This document shows positions 26,463 to 34,703 of a stretch of 55,154 nucleotides of DNA, one piece after another. This stretch comes from Candidatus Kaiserbacteria bacterium (lineage in GTDB: Bacteria; Patescibacteriota; Minisyncoccia; Phycocordibacterales; UBA918): contig JAYSTK010000171.1 of assembly GCA_043719825.1 (NCBI GenBank), positions 1 to 55,154 on the forward strand. Direction: 5' to 3'. Every line of letters begins with the position of its first letter. Within the stretch, counting starts at the first letter, position 1. The notes under the pieces are model-generated. The model made no database searches. It had not been told where the DNA came from and saw nothing but the letters and a program-made list of their open reading frames with translations. Position numbers and translations under genes: made by a program.

Positions 26463-27044
26463 TTATCCCGTAATGTACTTGGAGAAGTCGACTATTGAGT
26501 CGAATCCAAGTATGTAGAGAGGTGTCCAGATCGCTGCCTGAACTGCTGTAAGCGCGAGTAGCGTCAGGAGTATGAGAGTGTCTCGCCCAAGCTCCTTGCT
26601 GAAGAAGATAACAATGTGTTCCGGGCCGTCCCAGAACGTTGCTTTTAAACATACGAGTCCAATTGCAACGCGAGCCGCCGCAATCGATTTTGTACGCACA
26701 GCATCGACAGCGTGTCGGAAGCTTTCTCCGAGCGTAACGTCTTCCCCAGTGCGTTTCCATGTCAGCACAAATAGATATGCGACTGCGAGGTCGAACACCC
26801 ACATGGAAATGAAAAGAAGGAACCAGTCACGTCCCACAAGCTTATCCACGGCGATGATGAACACCGCTGAAAGAGCCATGAGCCAGTAGTCAGCGACTGC
26901 GTAGATTGTCCGCATTGCTGCGGTCTTAGCAATCTTAGTGCCAGCTGTAGCACTTGTATCTTCTTCGTTGATGCTAAAGAACGCCTTTGTGCCAAGCACA
27001 AAGATGGCTGCCCAATGAGCAGCCCAAGTTTTGGTGCTGCTCAT
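26463..27044 (-). CDS. polytopic membrane protein, unknown function, GC-richer than flanks
   Basis: 193 aa with 4-5 hydrophobic segments. The overlapping ORF 26383..26802 is in another frame and Cys/Arg-rich, so I rejected it. Confidence 0.55.
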   Translation of the reverse strand: MSSTKTWAAHWAAIFVLGTKAFFSINEEDTSATAGTKIAKTAAMRTIYAVADYWLMALSAVFIIAVDKLVGRDWFLLFISMWVFDLAVAYLFVLTWKRTGEDVTLGESFRHAVDAVRTKSIAAARVAIGLVCLKATFWDGPEHIVIFFSKELGRDTLILLTLLALTAVQAAIWTPLYILGFDSIVDFSKYITG

Positions 27045-27223
27045 AGAGCCTCCTGTGTTTAACAGCCTATATTATAACAATAATAATAGAATATGTCAAT
27101 ACTCTTCAATAGACAATGTGTTTTATTTAAAAATCCCTATCTATTGAGTTCTAAAAAATGACACATGAGCAATTACTGGGTGTATTATTGAGCACCGACT
27201 GCAAACACTTTTTATCAAACAAT

Positions 27224-27255
27224 AAAAAAGACCCTGTTGTAGCAGGGACTTTTTG
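27224..27255. terminator. bidirectional hairpin terminator
   Basis: AAAAAAG-ACCCTG-TTGTAG-CAGGGA-CTTTTT. On the minus strand it ends the three-gene ATP-grasp operon. Confidence 0.6.
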
Positions 27256-27273
27256 AGAGAATACTCGAAAGTA

Positions 27274-27447
27274 TTAATCGTCACGACTTCGGGGATGGCC
27301 AGAACGCGTGTGAAACCATTCTGGATTGACTTGGAACTGAGCAGTAGATTCCTCGGTTGTGTCTCCTACCACTGCTTTTTGGTGCTGATCTGCTTGTTGT
27401 ACTAGAAAAGGAACATCGTCATTCGGTACTTCATTATGAAGTTTCAT
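27274..27447 (-). CDS. 57-aa candidate graspetide precursor peptide
   Basis: GGAG lies 6 nt upstream of the ATG (27445-27447). Sequence: MKLHNEVPNDDVPFLVQQADQHQKAVVGDTTEESTAQFQVNPEWFHTRSGHPRSRDD. It has a PFLVQQ leader-like motif and a Thr/Ser/Glu/Asp-rich segment. It is the last gene of the ATP-grasp operon and is followed by a terminator. Confidence 0.4.
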   Translation of the reverse strand: MKLHNEVPNDDVPFLVQQADQHQKAVVGDTTEESTAQFQVNPEWFHTRSGHPRSRDD

Positions 27448-27475
27448 TTGCAACTCCGAGAGAGTTAAGGACAAC

Positions 27476-28195
27476 TTATTTAAGCAGATCAACAATTTCT
27501 GTCAAGTTTTTTGGCGATAAAGCCATATCTGACTTTTGGATTTCCAAAGTATAGTCAAAAAAAATTGAGGGCCCTTCGTGCTGGGTATAGGCTTCTTTAA
27601 CATTGTATTCATGACCTTCAACACAAATTTTTCCACGAATATAATGCAAAAATACTGCGCATGTTTTAAATTTAGAACTTAGTTGTGCTCCCATTGGGTT
27701 TACCACGTTTGAATCAAATAGATACTCTTTTTTGCGAGCATGAAGTGTTCCTGTTTCTACAATAATTGGGTGAGAAAAATGCTTCTTATATGAAATGAGT
27801 TTTTCTGTCATATGTCTCTCGCGATCAATTTTCTCCGTGTCTATAGAATCAAACGTTGTTATAAAAATACTGTGCTTCTTTTTTATATTAGACTTTCTAA
27901 TCCACTTTAACAATGTAATATGCTCATATGTAAATCTTCCGTCAGAATCAATGAAACTATCACTGAGAGTTTCTGGCAACTCTCCTCCGTATGTGTAGGT
28001 TTGTAGGTCAATCAACTCTTTACTTGATAAAGGCCATTCAAAAGCAATGCTAAATGATTTGTTGTTCTCAACTAGAGGTTTTGCAATTTGTCCTATCAAC
28101 TGAGCATTCTGGGATGAACCATGCAACTCGCCAATGAGCATAAAATCATAGCTGCATGCAATTTTCGCCAAATCAGTTGAATTAATGACATCCAT
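27476..28195 (-). CDS. hypothetical protein, possibly erythromycin-esterase/Tiki/ChaN superfamily
   Basis: I set the start at MDVINST. The N-terminal MLIGELHGSSQNAQLIGQIAKPLVENNKSFSIAFEWP resembles the GE.HG....E pattern of that superfamily. This is a weak, memory-based call. Confidence 0.4.
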   Translation of the reverse strand: MDVINSTDLAKIACSYDFMLIGELHGSSQNAQLIGQIAKPLVENNKSFSIAFEWPLSSKELIDLQTYTYGGELPETLSDSFIDSDGRFTYEHITLLKWIRKSNIKKKHSIFITTFDSIDTEKIDRERHMTEKLISYKKHFSHPIIVETGTLHARKKEYLFDSNVVNPMGAQLSSKFKTCAVFLHYIRGKICVEGHEYNVKEAYTQHEGPSIFFDYTLEIQKSDMALSPKNLTEIVDLLK

Positions 28196-28255
28196 ATTTT
28201 GAGTATAGTATAAAAAGACCCATTGCCACAAGGCAATGGGTCGGTTCAGGATATT

Positions 28256-29191
28256 TCACAAACAAAGGAAGTCAATGAAAGGGTTGGTGAGATCAAAATT
28301 TGTCATGTATTGAAGCCACAACCATTGGCCGTTTGGATTAAGTTCCAGGAACACGAGAGTATCATTTTTTGTTACTGCAAAGTCGACTGCTGAGAACTCC
28401 AATCTAAAATGTTTCATCAAAGCAATTAATGCAGCTGTTGTTTTTTTATCAATTGAGCAGACTTCATGCTTAATCTTATCCAACGTAAGCTGTTTAAGAT
28501 CGTCGACTTGAGATTGAGGAATCAGCCTGAATGCGTAAGCCTTTGAACCGAACATTACAACTCGCACTTCGTATTTAATTTCAAGTTTTTCCTGTGCAAA
28601 ACAAGGGGTAAATTTGGTTGCTTGACCAAAATTTAATGATTTGAGGGTGCGAGTCCCGAGAACACGTGAACTTTTTTCAGAATTCAGGACCTGAGTTTGG
28701 ATTGGTTTAGCTACAATTCCATTTGCACATTCACTTGCAAAAGATTTAAGCACATCTAAATCCTTTGTGATGAGAGTCCTGGGTATATCTAGGCCGTACC
28801 TGGCTGCTGTGATCAGCTGATTAGGTTTTGAGCGTGCTGAAACAATGCTTTCAGGTCTACTTACCCAGCGACAGGAGGTATATTGATGCAGTAATGATTC
28901 GATCAAGCCTTCAGTTTCTTGAAAACAAAAGGACCGGATGTGGTCGAACTTCTCAGGAATGTGTAATCGTCTCCGATACCAAATAACTGAAACATCATCC
29001 GTATGCCATGAGTTATTCTTAGTTCGCTGTTTGTCGTTGGGGCAAAGTCGCCATGTGGCATTAGGTATTTGGGTAACAGTATCTGTATTGAGTCTATTAA
29101 ATAAAATAGAGCGTCTTTTGCACGCATCTTCAATGATATTTACATGGCGGTCGTCTGACTCACTAACTGCAAGAATTTTTATCAGTGACAT
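28256..29191 (-). CDS. ATP-grasp ribosomal peptide maturase (MdnB/MdnC, microviridin-type)
   Basis: 311 aa. DDRHVNIIEDA..RLNTD, VIWYRRR, SKPNQLITAARYGLDIPRTLITKD, QEKLEIKYEVRVVMFG, FLELNPNGQWLWLQ. These match the family pattern as I recall it. Confidence 0.72.
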   Translation of the reverse strand: MSLIKILAVSESDDRHVNIIEDACKRRSILFNRLNTDTVTQIPNATWRLCPNDKQRTKNNSWHTDDVSVIWYRRRLHIPEKFDHIRSFCFQETEGLIESLLHQYTSCRWVSRPESIVSARSKPNQLITAARYGLDIPRTLITKDLDVLKSFASECANGIVAKPIQTQVLNSEKSSRVLGTRTLKSLNFGQATKFTPCFAQEKLEIKYEVRVVMFGSKAYAFRLIPQSQVDDLKQLTLDKIKHEVCSIDKKTTAALIALMKHFRLEFSAVDFAVTKNDTLVFLELNPNGQWLWLQYMTNFDLTNPFIDFLCL

Positions 29192-29389
29192 TTGAAACCC
29201 CTTATGTCAAGTTACAACTAGTTAGAGCGTAACATTCTGTGGACTATTGTCAATTATACTTGTGATTGCTAACTCGCACTTATATTGTAGTTCCTTAGCG
29301 TGCTTTCAGGAATAATTTTTTTTAAAATCCTTTTATTTTAAGGAAATATGATTCATACTGTATCTTTCGAGCAAGCATAATCTATACAA

Positions 29390-30301
29390 ATGCATCCTAT
29401 TGAAAAAGACACACGTATTTTATCAATTCGGGAAATTGTCTTTGTTGATATAGCAGCTGCACTTAAGGAAAAATTTACAGAGGATAAATTTGAAAATGCG
29501 CTCTGCAATTCGAATAAGGTCCGCGTTTTCGCTATTACATATGAGTCTAATGGACATGCAGTAGTGGGCTATATTGTAGAGCCGCGAGAATTAAATAGTA
29601 AGACACCGGGCATCATTTATAATCGTGGTGGAACACGAGACTTTGGTGCTATAAAGATGGGAACTCTTTTCTATTTCTTAGCTGAGATTGCTTCGTGGGG
29701 GTACATTATCTTTGCGTCACAATACTCAGGTGGACCAGGTAGTGAGGGTGAAGATGAATGGGGTGGGGCTGATCTCGATGACGTAATTGTTCTTCATGAA
29801 ATAGCTAAGAGTCATCCATACGTGGATTCAGAACGAATTGGAATGATGGGAGTAAGTCGCGGTGGCATGATGACATACCTTGCTCTTAAAAAACTGTCTG
29901 GAATAAAAGCTGCAGTAATACGCTCTGGTGCAACTAACTTAATTCGTTCTAAAGAATTCCGCTCAAAAATGTGGACTATGTACCAAGAACTTTTTGGGGA
30001 GAATGTTGAAGAGGAATGTAGAAAACGGTCAATTGTTTATTCAGCTAATGAGCTACCAGATACCACTCCCCTCCTCATTATGCATGGTACAGCTGATTGG
30101 CGTGTATCTCCGGAAGATGCTTTAGAAATATCAAGTGAGCTTTTACGTCACAAGAAACCTCACAGACTAATAATGTATGAAGGTGCAGACCATGGACTTA
30201 TCGAGGTTCATGATGAGGTAATGCATGAAACTAGGAATTGGCTAGATAAATTTGTTAAAAATAGTACTACACTTCCAAATCTCTTGCCGCATGGTGATTA
30301 A
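29390..30301 (+). CDS. S9-type serine peptidase / alpha-beta hydrolase (catalytic domain only)
   Basis: Nucleophile elbow GVSRGG, HGTADWRV (Asp), GADHG (His). Confidence 0.78.
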   Translation: MHPIEKDTRILSIREIVFVDIAAALKEKFTEDKFENALCNSNKVRVFAITYESNGHAVVGYIVEPRELNSKTPGIIYNRGGTRDFGAIKMGTLFYFLAEIASWGYIIFASQYSGGPGSEGEDEWGGADLDDVIVLHEIAKSHPYVDSERIGMMGVSRGGMMTYLALKKLSGIKAAVIRSGATNLIRSKEFRSKMWTMYQELFGENVEEECRKRSIVYSANELPDTTPLLIMHGTADWRVSPEDALEISSELLRHKKPHRLIMYEGADHGLIEVHDEVMHETRNWLDKFVKNSTTLPNLLPHGD

Positions 30302-30419
30302 TGAATTTTCCATTTTCTTCCTTTGAAATAACTAATATAATTGTAACAGATAAAATGGATTGTCAAACTGGTTTGAATGTAAATTACATTCCAAAAAAGA
30401 CCATGAACGGAGATGTATT

Positions 30420-31673
30420 TTAGGTTTTGGGAAGCCCAATGAATTCACCACTTGCCTCAGGACTAAAATGCTTATGATAGATTGCATTGAGTGAGTGCGT
30501 GTTTACTTCTTTTAGAATCCAATCAACAAGCATCGTTTCTGTAAAGTTGGCCTCATATGTAATGATGCTATCTTGCGCTGCATCGATTCTTTCCCCAATT
30601 GTTTGGAATGCAAAACACTTTGATTTGATGAGTCTATCTTTAGCTACACTGATTGCCGTTTCGTCGTTAATCGCTTTCACTACGATGTCGTGGATCGATT
30701 CCTTCACTTTCATCGCGTTCGCCTCGTCATTCACGGGGACATCAATGTTCCAACCCATACGCTCTCGTTCTGACCAACTCGCACCTCCTACTCCATATGA
30801 AATGCCCATTTCTTTTCGGTATACATCATTAAGGACCCCGTACTCACTATCTGTAAGGTAATCACATAGGAAAGCAATTGTTCTAGCTTCATTAAGGTTT
30901 GCATATGGAATAAAATTTCCCCACATGTATACCGGGGCATCTATATCGAGCGATTGCATGGTGTGGAATGCCTGACGATTCCATTCATATGGAATGAACC
31001 GAGAAGAAGGCAAATGTTCTTCCTTGAAGGTGATTGATTCAAGTTCACTGCTAAGTTTTTCGTGATCGAAATTACCTGCGATGATGACGGTAAACGGTCG
31101 TGAAAGATAATTACTATGGAATCGAAGTAGTAGATCATGGGACATGGATCCAATTGTTTCATCAGTTCCAAACACTTGATCTTTCAATACAAAATGAGCT
31201 TTTGCCCATTCAGTAAATTTATAGTGCCCAAAATGATCGTTCGCAGGAAAATATTTACTTAATGACCGTTCGCTCATAATGATGCCTTTATGGAGTTCTA
31301 TATCATCATGATAAAGAGAAGGATGCACAATGTGCTTAATCAATTTTGAGGCAAGGTCATTGAAGTCACTGCTGGGCGCTTGCATGAAAAATGTAGTTTC
31401 AAACGGTGTAGTCCATGCGTTTGAGTTTCCCCCTGCATCTGCAACCTGTTTCTCAAAACTATTTCGTACAAGTTCACCTTCGGAACGATCAAGGCATACA
31501 TGTTCCAAAAAATGAGCGATTCCATATGCGCCACCATAGTTTCCTTCGTGGGAATGACTTGTTCCGATCGGTACAATAACCCGTATCTGCGCAAAAGGCA
31601 TTTGTACTTTTTGTGACCATACCGGTATTTTATTCTTGAGAATGGTTTTATTGAAAGCAAGTCGATCATCCAT
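30420..31673 (-). CDS. M16 (pitrilysin) family zinc peptidase
   Basis: HFLEHV (HxxEH). I set the start at MDDRLAFNK because the longer track ORF would run through the upstream terminator hairpins. Confidence 0.8.
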   Translation of the reverse strand: MDDRLAFNKTILKNKIPVWSQKVQMPFAQIRVIVPIGTSHSHEGNYGGAYGIAHFLEHVCLDRSEGELVRNSFEKQVADAGGNSNAWTTPFETTFFMQAPSSDFNDLASKLIKHIVHPSLYHDDIELHKGIIMSERSLSKYFPANDHFGHYKFTEWAKAHFVLKDQVFGTDETIGSMSHDLLLRFHSNYLSRPFTVIIAGNFDHEKLSSELESITFKEEHLPSSRFIPYEWNRQAFHTMQSLDIDAPVYMWGNFIPYANLNEARTIAFLCDYLTDSEYGVLNDVYRKEMGISYGVGGASWSERERMGWNIDVPVNDEANAMKVKESIHDIVVKAINDETAISVAKDRLIKSKCFAFQTIGERIDAAQDSIITYEANFTETMLVDWILKEVNTHSLNAIYHKHFSPEASGEFIGLPKT

Positions 31674-31690
31674 AATATAAAATAGTATAA

Positions 31691-31752
31691 TGCAAAAAAT
31701 AATGAACGGACAAAGGATGTGTCCGTTCATCCGTCTCCGTCAATGGAGACGG
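31691..31752 (-). terminator. tandem hairpins ending the small-protein gene
   Basis: CCGTCTCC-N6-GGAGACGG (31731-31752) and GAACGGAC-N9-GTCCGTTC (31704-31728), followed on the minus strand by ATTATTTTTT. Confidence 0.6.
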
Positions 31753-31753
31753 G

Positions 31754-31930
31754 TCACTTTCCAGATTTGGATCCTGGTCCCTTCCCCGGTCTTGCAGACC
31801 AGGGACTCCCCTTGCTGGAAGTGGATTTTGGCGTGAGACTTCGAGCAACGTTTGCCATACGCTGTACTCCTGGGCTCGGGGAGCTGCTTTTGGATCCCCC
31901 ACCACCCTTGTTTGAACCAAACAATCCCAT
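31754..31930 (-). CDS. 58-aa basic Gly/Ser/Pro/Lys-rich protein, unknown
   Basis: MGLFGSNKGGGGSKSSSPSPGVQRMANVARSLTPKSTSSKGSPWSARPGKGPGSKSGK. GAAGGA lies 7 nt upstream of the ATG. Promoter TTGACA-16-TATAGT on the minus strand (plus 31970-31997). Terminators downstream. Four overlapping ORFs exist here, and I chose this frame from those signals. Confidence 0.4.
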   Translation of the reverse strand: MGLFGSNKGGGGSKSSSPSPGVQRMANVARSLTPKSTSSKGSPWSARPGKGPGSKSGK

Positions 31931-32179
31931 GATCAGTTCCTTCAACGGAAAATGGCGATACTGCCATTTTTACTATAGTCTTGCTATAGCAACTGTCAAT
32001 AGCTAAGTGCAGTCAAATTATGATTCAGACAAAAAATTAGGACCGGCCGAACTTACCAAAAGATTCTTAAATACCAAGTAAGTATAGTTATTAATAAGCA
32101 TTGCAGTAACAGTGGGCATCATGTATTCTAAAAATGTAGCGCTTTTGCTACTAGCTTTAATAAGCTGAAGGAGTCGATG

Positions 32180-32380
32180 ATGGGATGGCTCGGATGGATT
32201 ACAGGAATCGATGGATCGAGGTCAAATACCAAAGTTGAAAAGAGTGGCGGAACTACTCGCACCCACCACCTTTCAACTGCTGGTAAGGGCTCGAAAAGCA
32301 ACCACAGTCATGTCATTGTGCGCGAAAAAGGTGTTCGAAAGACCGCTCATTGCGTTCCGCACAAAAAAAATCGAAAGTAA
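32180..32380 (+). CDS. 66-aa basic protein, unknown
   Basis: MGWLGWITGIDGSRSNTKVEKSGG...HKKNRK. GAAGGAG upstream. A terminator hairpin follows. Its N-terminus loosely resembles the divergent 31754 protein (MG[LW][FL]G). Confidence 0.4.
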   Translation: MGWLGWITGIDGSRSNTKVEKSGGTTRTHHLSTAGKGSKSNHSHVIVREKGVRKTAHCVPHKKNRK

Positions 32381-32399
32381 TTGCAAATTCTCCTCACTA

Positions 32400-32440
32400 C
32401 GACCACAGCATGCTTACTCTGCTGTGGTCGATTTAATTTT
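32400..32440 (+). terminator. hairpin terminator
   Basis: CGACCACAGC-N11-GCTGTGGTCG followed by ATTTAATTTT. Confidence 0.55.
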
Positions 32441-32776
32441 ATAAAATAGGATTTCTGGATCAAAATTTATATCCGTCCTAGACTCCGCATCCTCACTAAG
32501 AAGAATTGATGTATCAAGAGTAAGATCGCGATATTCCTTACTTAGATTTAAAAGTTCAGATAGTACAAAGAAAACATCAGATAGTCTTTTATCAACTTGG
32601 TACCCATCGAGTTTTGCTTGCTGTATTAAATTCTCTATAATTTCATGCAGTGGCGTGCCGTTCGAGATTTTTTCAACAACCTCAAAAAGTATTTCATTAT
32701 TCCCTGTTTCAAGTATTTCTTCGAATTCGGCCAAAAACATTGGGTCCTCAAATTGAATATTACTGTATTTTTGCAT
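32414..32776 (-). CDS. acidic hypothetical protein
   Basis: 120-aa ORF with backbone-like AT-rich composition. No recognisable motif. Confidence 0.45.
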   Translation of the reverse strand: MQKYSNIQFEDPMFLAEFEEILETGNNEILFEVVEKISNGTPLHEIIENLIQQAKLDGYQVDKRLSDVFFVLSELLNLSKEYRDLTLDTSILLSEDAESRTDINFDPEILFYKIKSTTAE

Positions 32777-32848
32777 AAAGATTTATTATAAAGAAAAAGC
32801 GCATTTATGTGCACTGCTATGATGTAATCCTCATATTATACCTATTAA

Positions 32849-33334
32849 TCAAACTATAAAAAGTAATGCAATGAGGGGGAGGATAAGCCACCAGAAGAAG
32901 TTTTCAGATGGCCCGAAAAGAGATTGTATAGGTGAGCCAGGAGTGATGAGTTCCGTTACCGGAAGCGCTTGGTAGCTATACGCCATAACAAGAACTGTTG
33001 CCATAGTGGCGAGAAGAAGCTTTTTTCCAAAGTGTTGAAACGCACTTTCATAATCATCTCCTGGTATATGCTTTCTAAATAAAAAAATACCAAATAATGT
33101 AAAGATACTAAATATAACAATCATCACAACGGCTTTACTTGAAGGGCTACCCGCATTAAGAAAATAATCGTAGTAAGGAAATTTAAGTGAAATAACGAGT
33201 GCGAGATATAGTGAAAAAATAATATTGATAATTGCGTACCTCCCTTTCATGAGTGCAATCGATAGAAAAATTGAAAATACCAAAATGAGGTATAGAGATT
33301 CTTGAAGTATTGAAACAAGTGATGCTGTATCCAT
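32849..33334 (-). CDS. small polytopic membrane protein, unknown
   Basis: 161 aa with 4-5 hydrophobic segments. Confidence 0.55.
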   Translation of the reverse strand: MDTASLVSILQESLYLILVFSIFLSIALMKGRYAIINIIFSLYLALVISLKFPYYDYFLNAGSPSSKAVVMIVIFSIFTLFGIFLFRKHIPGDDYESAFQHFGKKLLLATMATVLVMAYSYQALPVTELITPGSPIQSLFGPSENFFWWLILPLIALLFIV

Positions 33335-33390
33335 TAATGAATATTATATCCTGATATGTGTGTCCCATACTATTAAAGTGTGTTGAACGC

Positions 33391-33421
33391 AAAACCCCGC
33401 GGCCTTTGGCCGCGGGGTTTT
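33391..33421. terminator. perfect bidirectional terminator (ends the grpE-dnaK-dnaJ transcript on the minus strand)
   Basis: AAAACCCCGCGGCC-TTT-GGCCGCGGGGTTTT. Confidence 0.8.
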
Positions 33422-33444
33422 GCTAATCTTTTATAGGGTCAAGT

Positions 33445-33525
33445 TTCTAAGTCGCTGCGCTCCTAAGAACTCTCTCCCCGACCTCGCGGTTCCGACATTA
33501 TGTGTAGCCGGAACATCGCTCCGGT
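33445..33525. repeat. recurrent structured intergenic element, copy A
   Basis: On the plus strand: box1 TCGCTGCGCTC inside a short stem, box2 CGACCTCGC, variable hairpin GTTCCG...CGGAAC, box3 ATCGCTCCGGT. The same architecture occurs at 38040-38131, 38204-38300 and partly at 45040-45120. Confidence 0.5.
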
Positions 33526-33570
33526 TTATTTAGTCAAGAGGACATCAGCAGTGATGCCCTCTTGATTCGA

Positions 33571-34650
33571 CTAAATACCTTCCTTCTTTAATTCTTCGAT
33601 AAGCTTCTTTGCATTCTTTGATAGCTTCTGTGGAAGGTCAATGTGTATTTTTACAATGAAATCACCTCGAGGAGTTCCTGCACCATCGCTCGGAACACCT
33701 TTGTTCTTTATACGAAGCATTTCACCATGCTTTACACCTTCAGGAATTTTTATTTTTACATCTCCATCGAGTGTTGGTACGGTGTAATCCGAACCGAGAA
33801 GTGCATCACTCAATTTTATGCGCACGTTCATAGTGAGTGTGTCACCGTCACGTTTAATATTGGGATGACTTTGCACGTGAATCTTTACGTAGAGGTCGCC
33901 TGAGATGCCACCTTGTACCGCTTCCCCTCTGCCGGTCATACGAATCATTTCACCATGTTCAATTCCAGCGGGAATCTTAATATCAACAATATCTTCTGTT
34001 CGACGGACACCGAACCCTGCACAATCAGGACATTTCTCTTTTGGAATTTTTCCAGTGCCACGACATTCCGTACACTCTCGTACAGTAGCAAATTGACCAA
34101 GAACACTCTGTCGAGTTTCTCGAATTCGTCCATTTCCGTTACAGGTGCTACAAGTAGTCAGATCGGTACCGGTTCGTGCACCACTTCCTTTACACGATGA
34201 ACATGACCCATTTTTCATGAGCTTTAAAGATCGCTGGGTCCCAAACACCGCTTCCTTAAATGATAGTTCAATATCTACAGAAATATCATTTCCTCGTGAT
34301 GATCGGCGAGCACCTTTACCCTGTCCCCCGAACATATCACCAAAACTCTCAAATATATCATTTATATCAAATTCGAAGCCCTGGCCGTTTGCCCCCTGGA
34401 ATCCCCCAAACCCTCCTCCGTACTGTGGACCTCCCTGTCCGCTTGCATAGGAATGACCGTACGTGTCATATTCAGCCCGCTTTTTGTCGTCACTGAGAGT
34501 CGAATATGCCTCACTAATTTCCTTAAATTTGGCCTCATCGCCTGTTTTTTTGTCAGGGTGGTACTTTCCCGCAAGCGTACGAAAAGCCTTCTTTATTTCA
34601 TCTTTCGAGGCTCCTTTTTGGATCCCGAGTGTTTCGTAGTAGTCTTTCAT
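33571..34650 (-). CDS. dnaJ: chaperone DnaJ
   Basis: J-domain KYHPDKK, G/F-rich region, four CxxCxGxG repeats ([32 protein letters not shown]). Confidence 0.95.
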   Translation of the reverse strand: MKDYYETLGIQKGASKDEIKKAFRTLAGKYHPDKKTGDEAKFKEISEAYSTLSDDKKRAEYDTYGHSYASGQGGPQYGGGFGGFQGANGQGFEFDINDIFESFGDMFGGQGKGARRSSRGNDISVDIELSFKEAVFGTQRSLKLMKNGSCSSCKGSGARTGTDLTTCSTCNGNGRIRETRQSVLGQFATVRECTECRGTGKIPKEKCPDCAGFGVRRTEDIVDIKIPAGIEHGEMIRMTGRGEAVQGGISGDLYVKIHVQSHPNIKRDGDTLTMNVRIKLSDALLGSDYTVPTLDGDVKIKIPEGVKHGEMLRIKNKGVPSDGAGTPRGDFIVKIHIDLPQKLSKNAKKLIEELKKEGI

Positions 34651-34703
34651 AATTGCGAAAAGTGTGGGCTAATAATGGCCGTGAGTGACCTAGTAGACTG
34701 AGC

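Noticed and set aside
26383-26802. 139-aa ORF overlapping the 26463..27044 membrane protein gene in another frame
   Set aside because: Its product is Arg/Cys-rich, and it overlaps a longer ORF with coherent TM segments.
31666-32006. ORFs 31666..31920(-), 31740..31967(-) and 31719..32006(+)
   Set aside because: They overlap one another in a GC-rich patch. Only the 31754..31930 frame has an RBS, a promoter and downstream terminators. The first of these ORFs would also run through the terminator hairpins.
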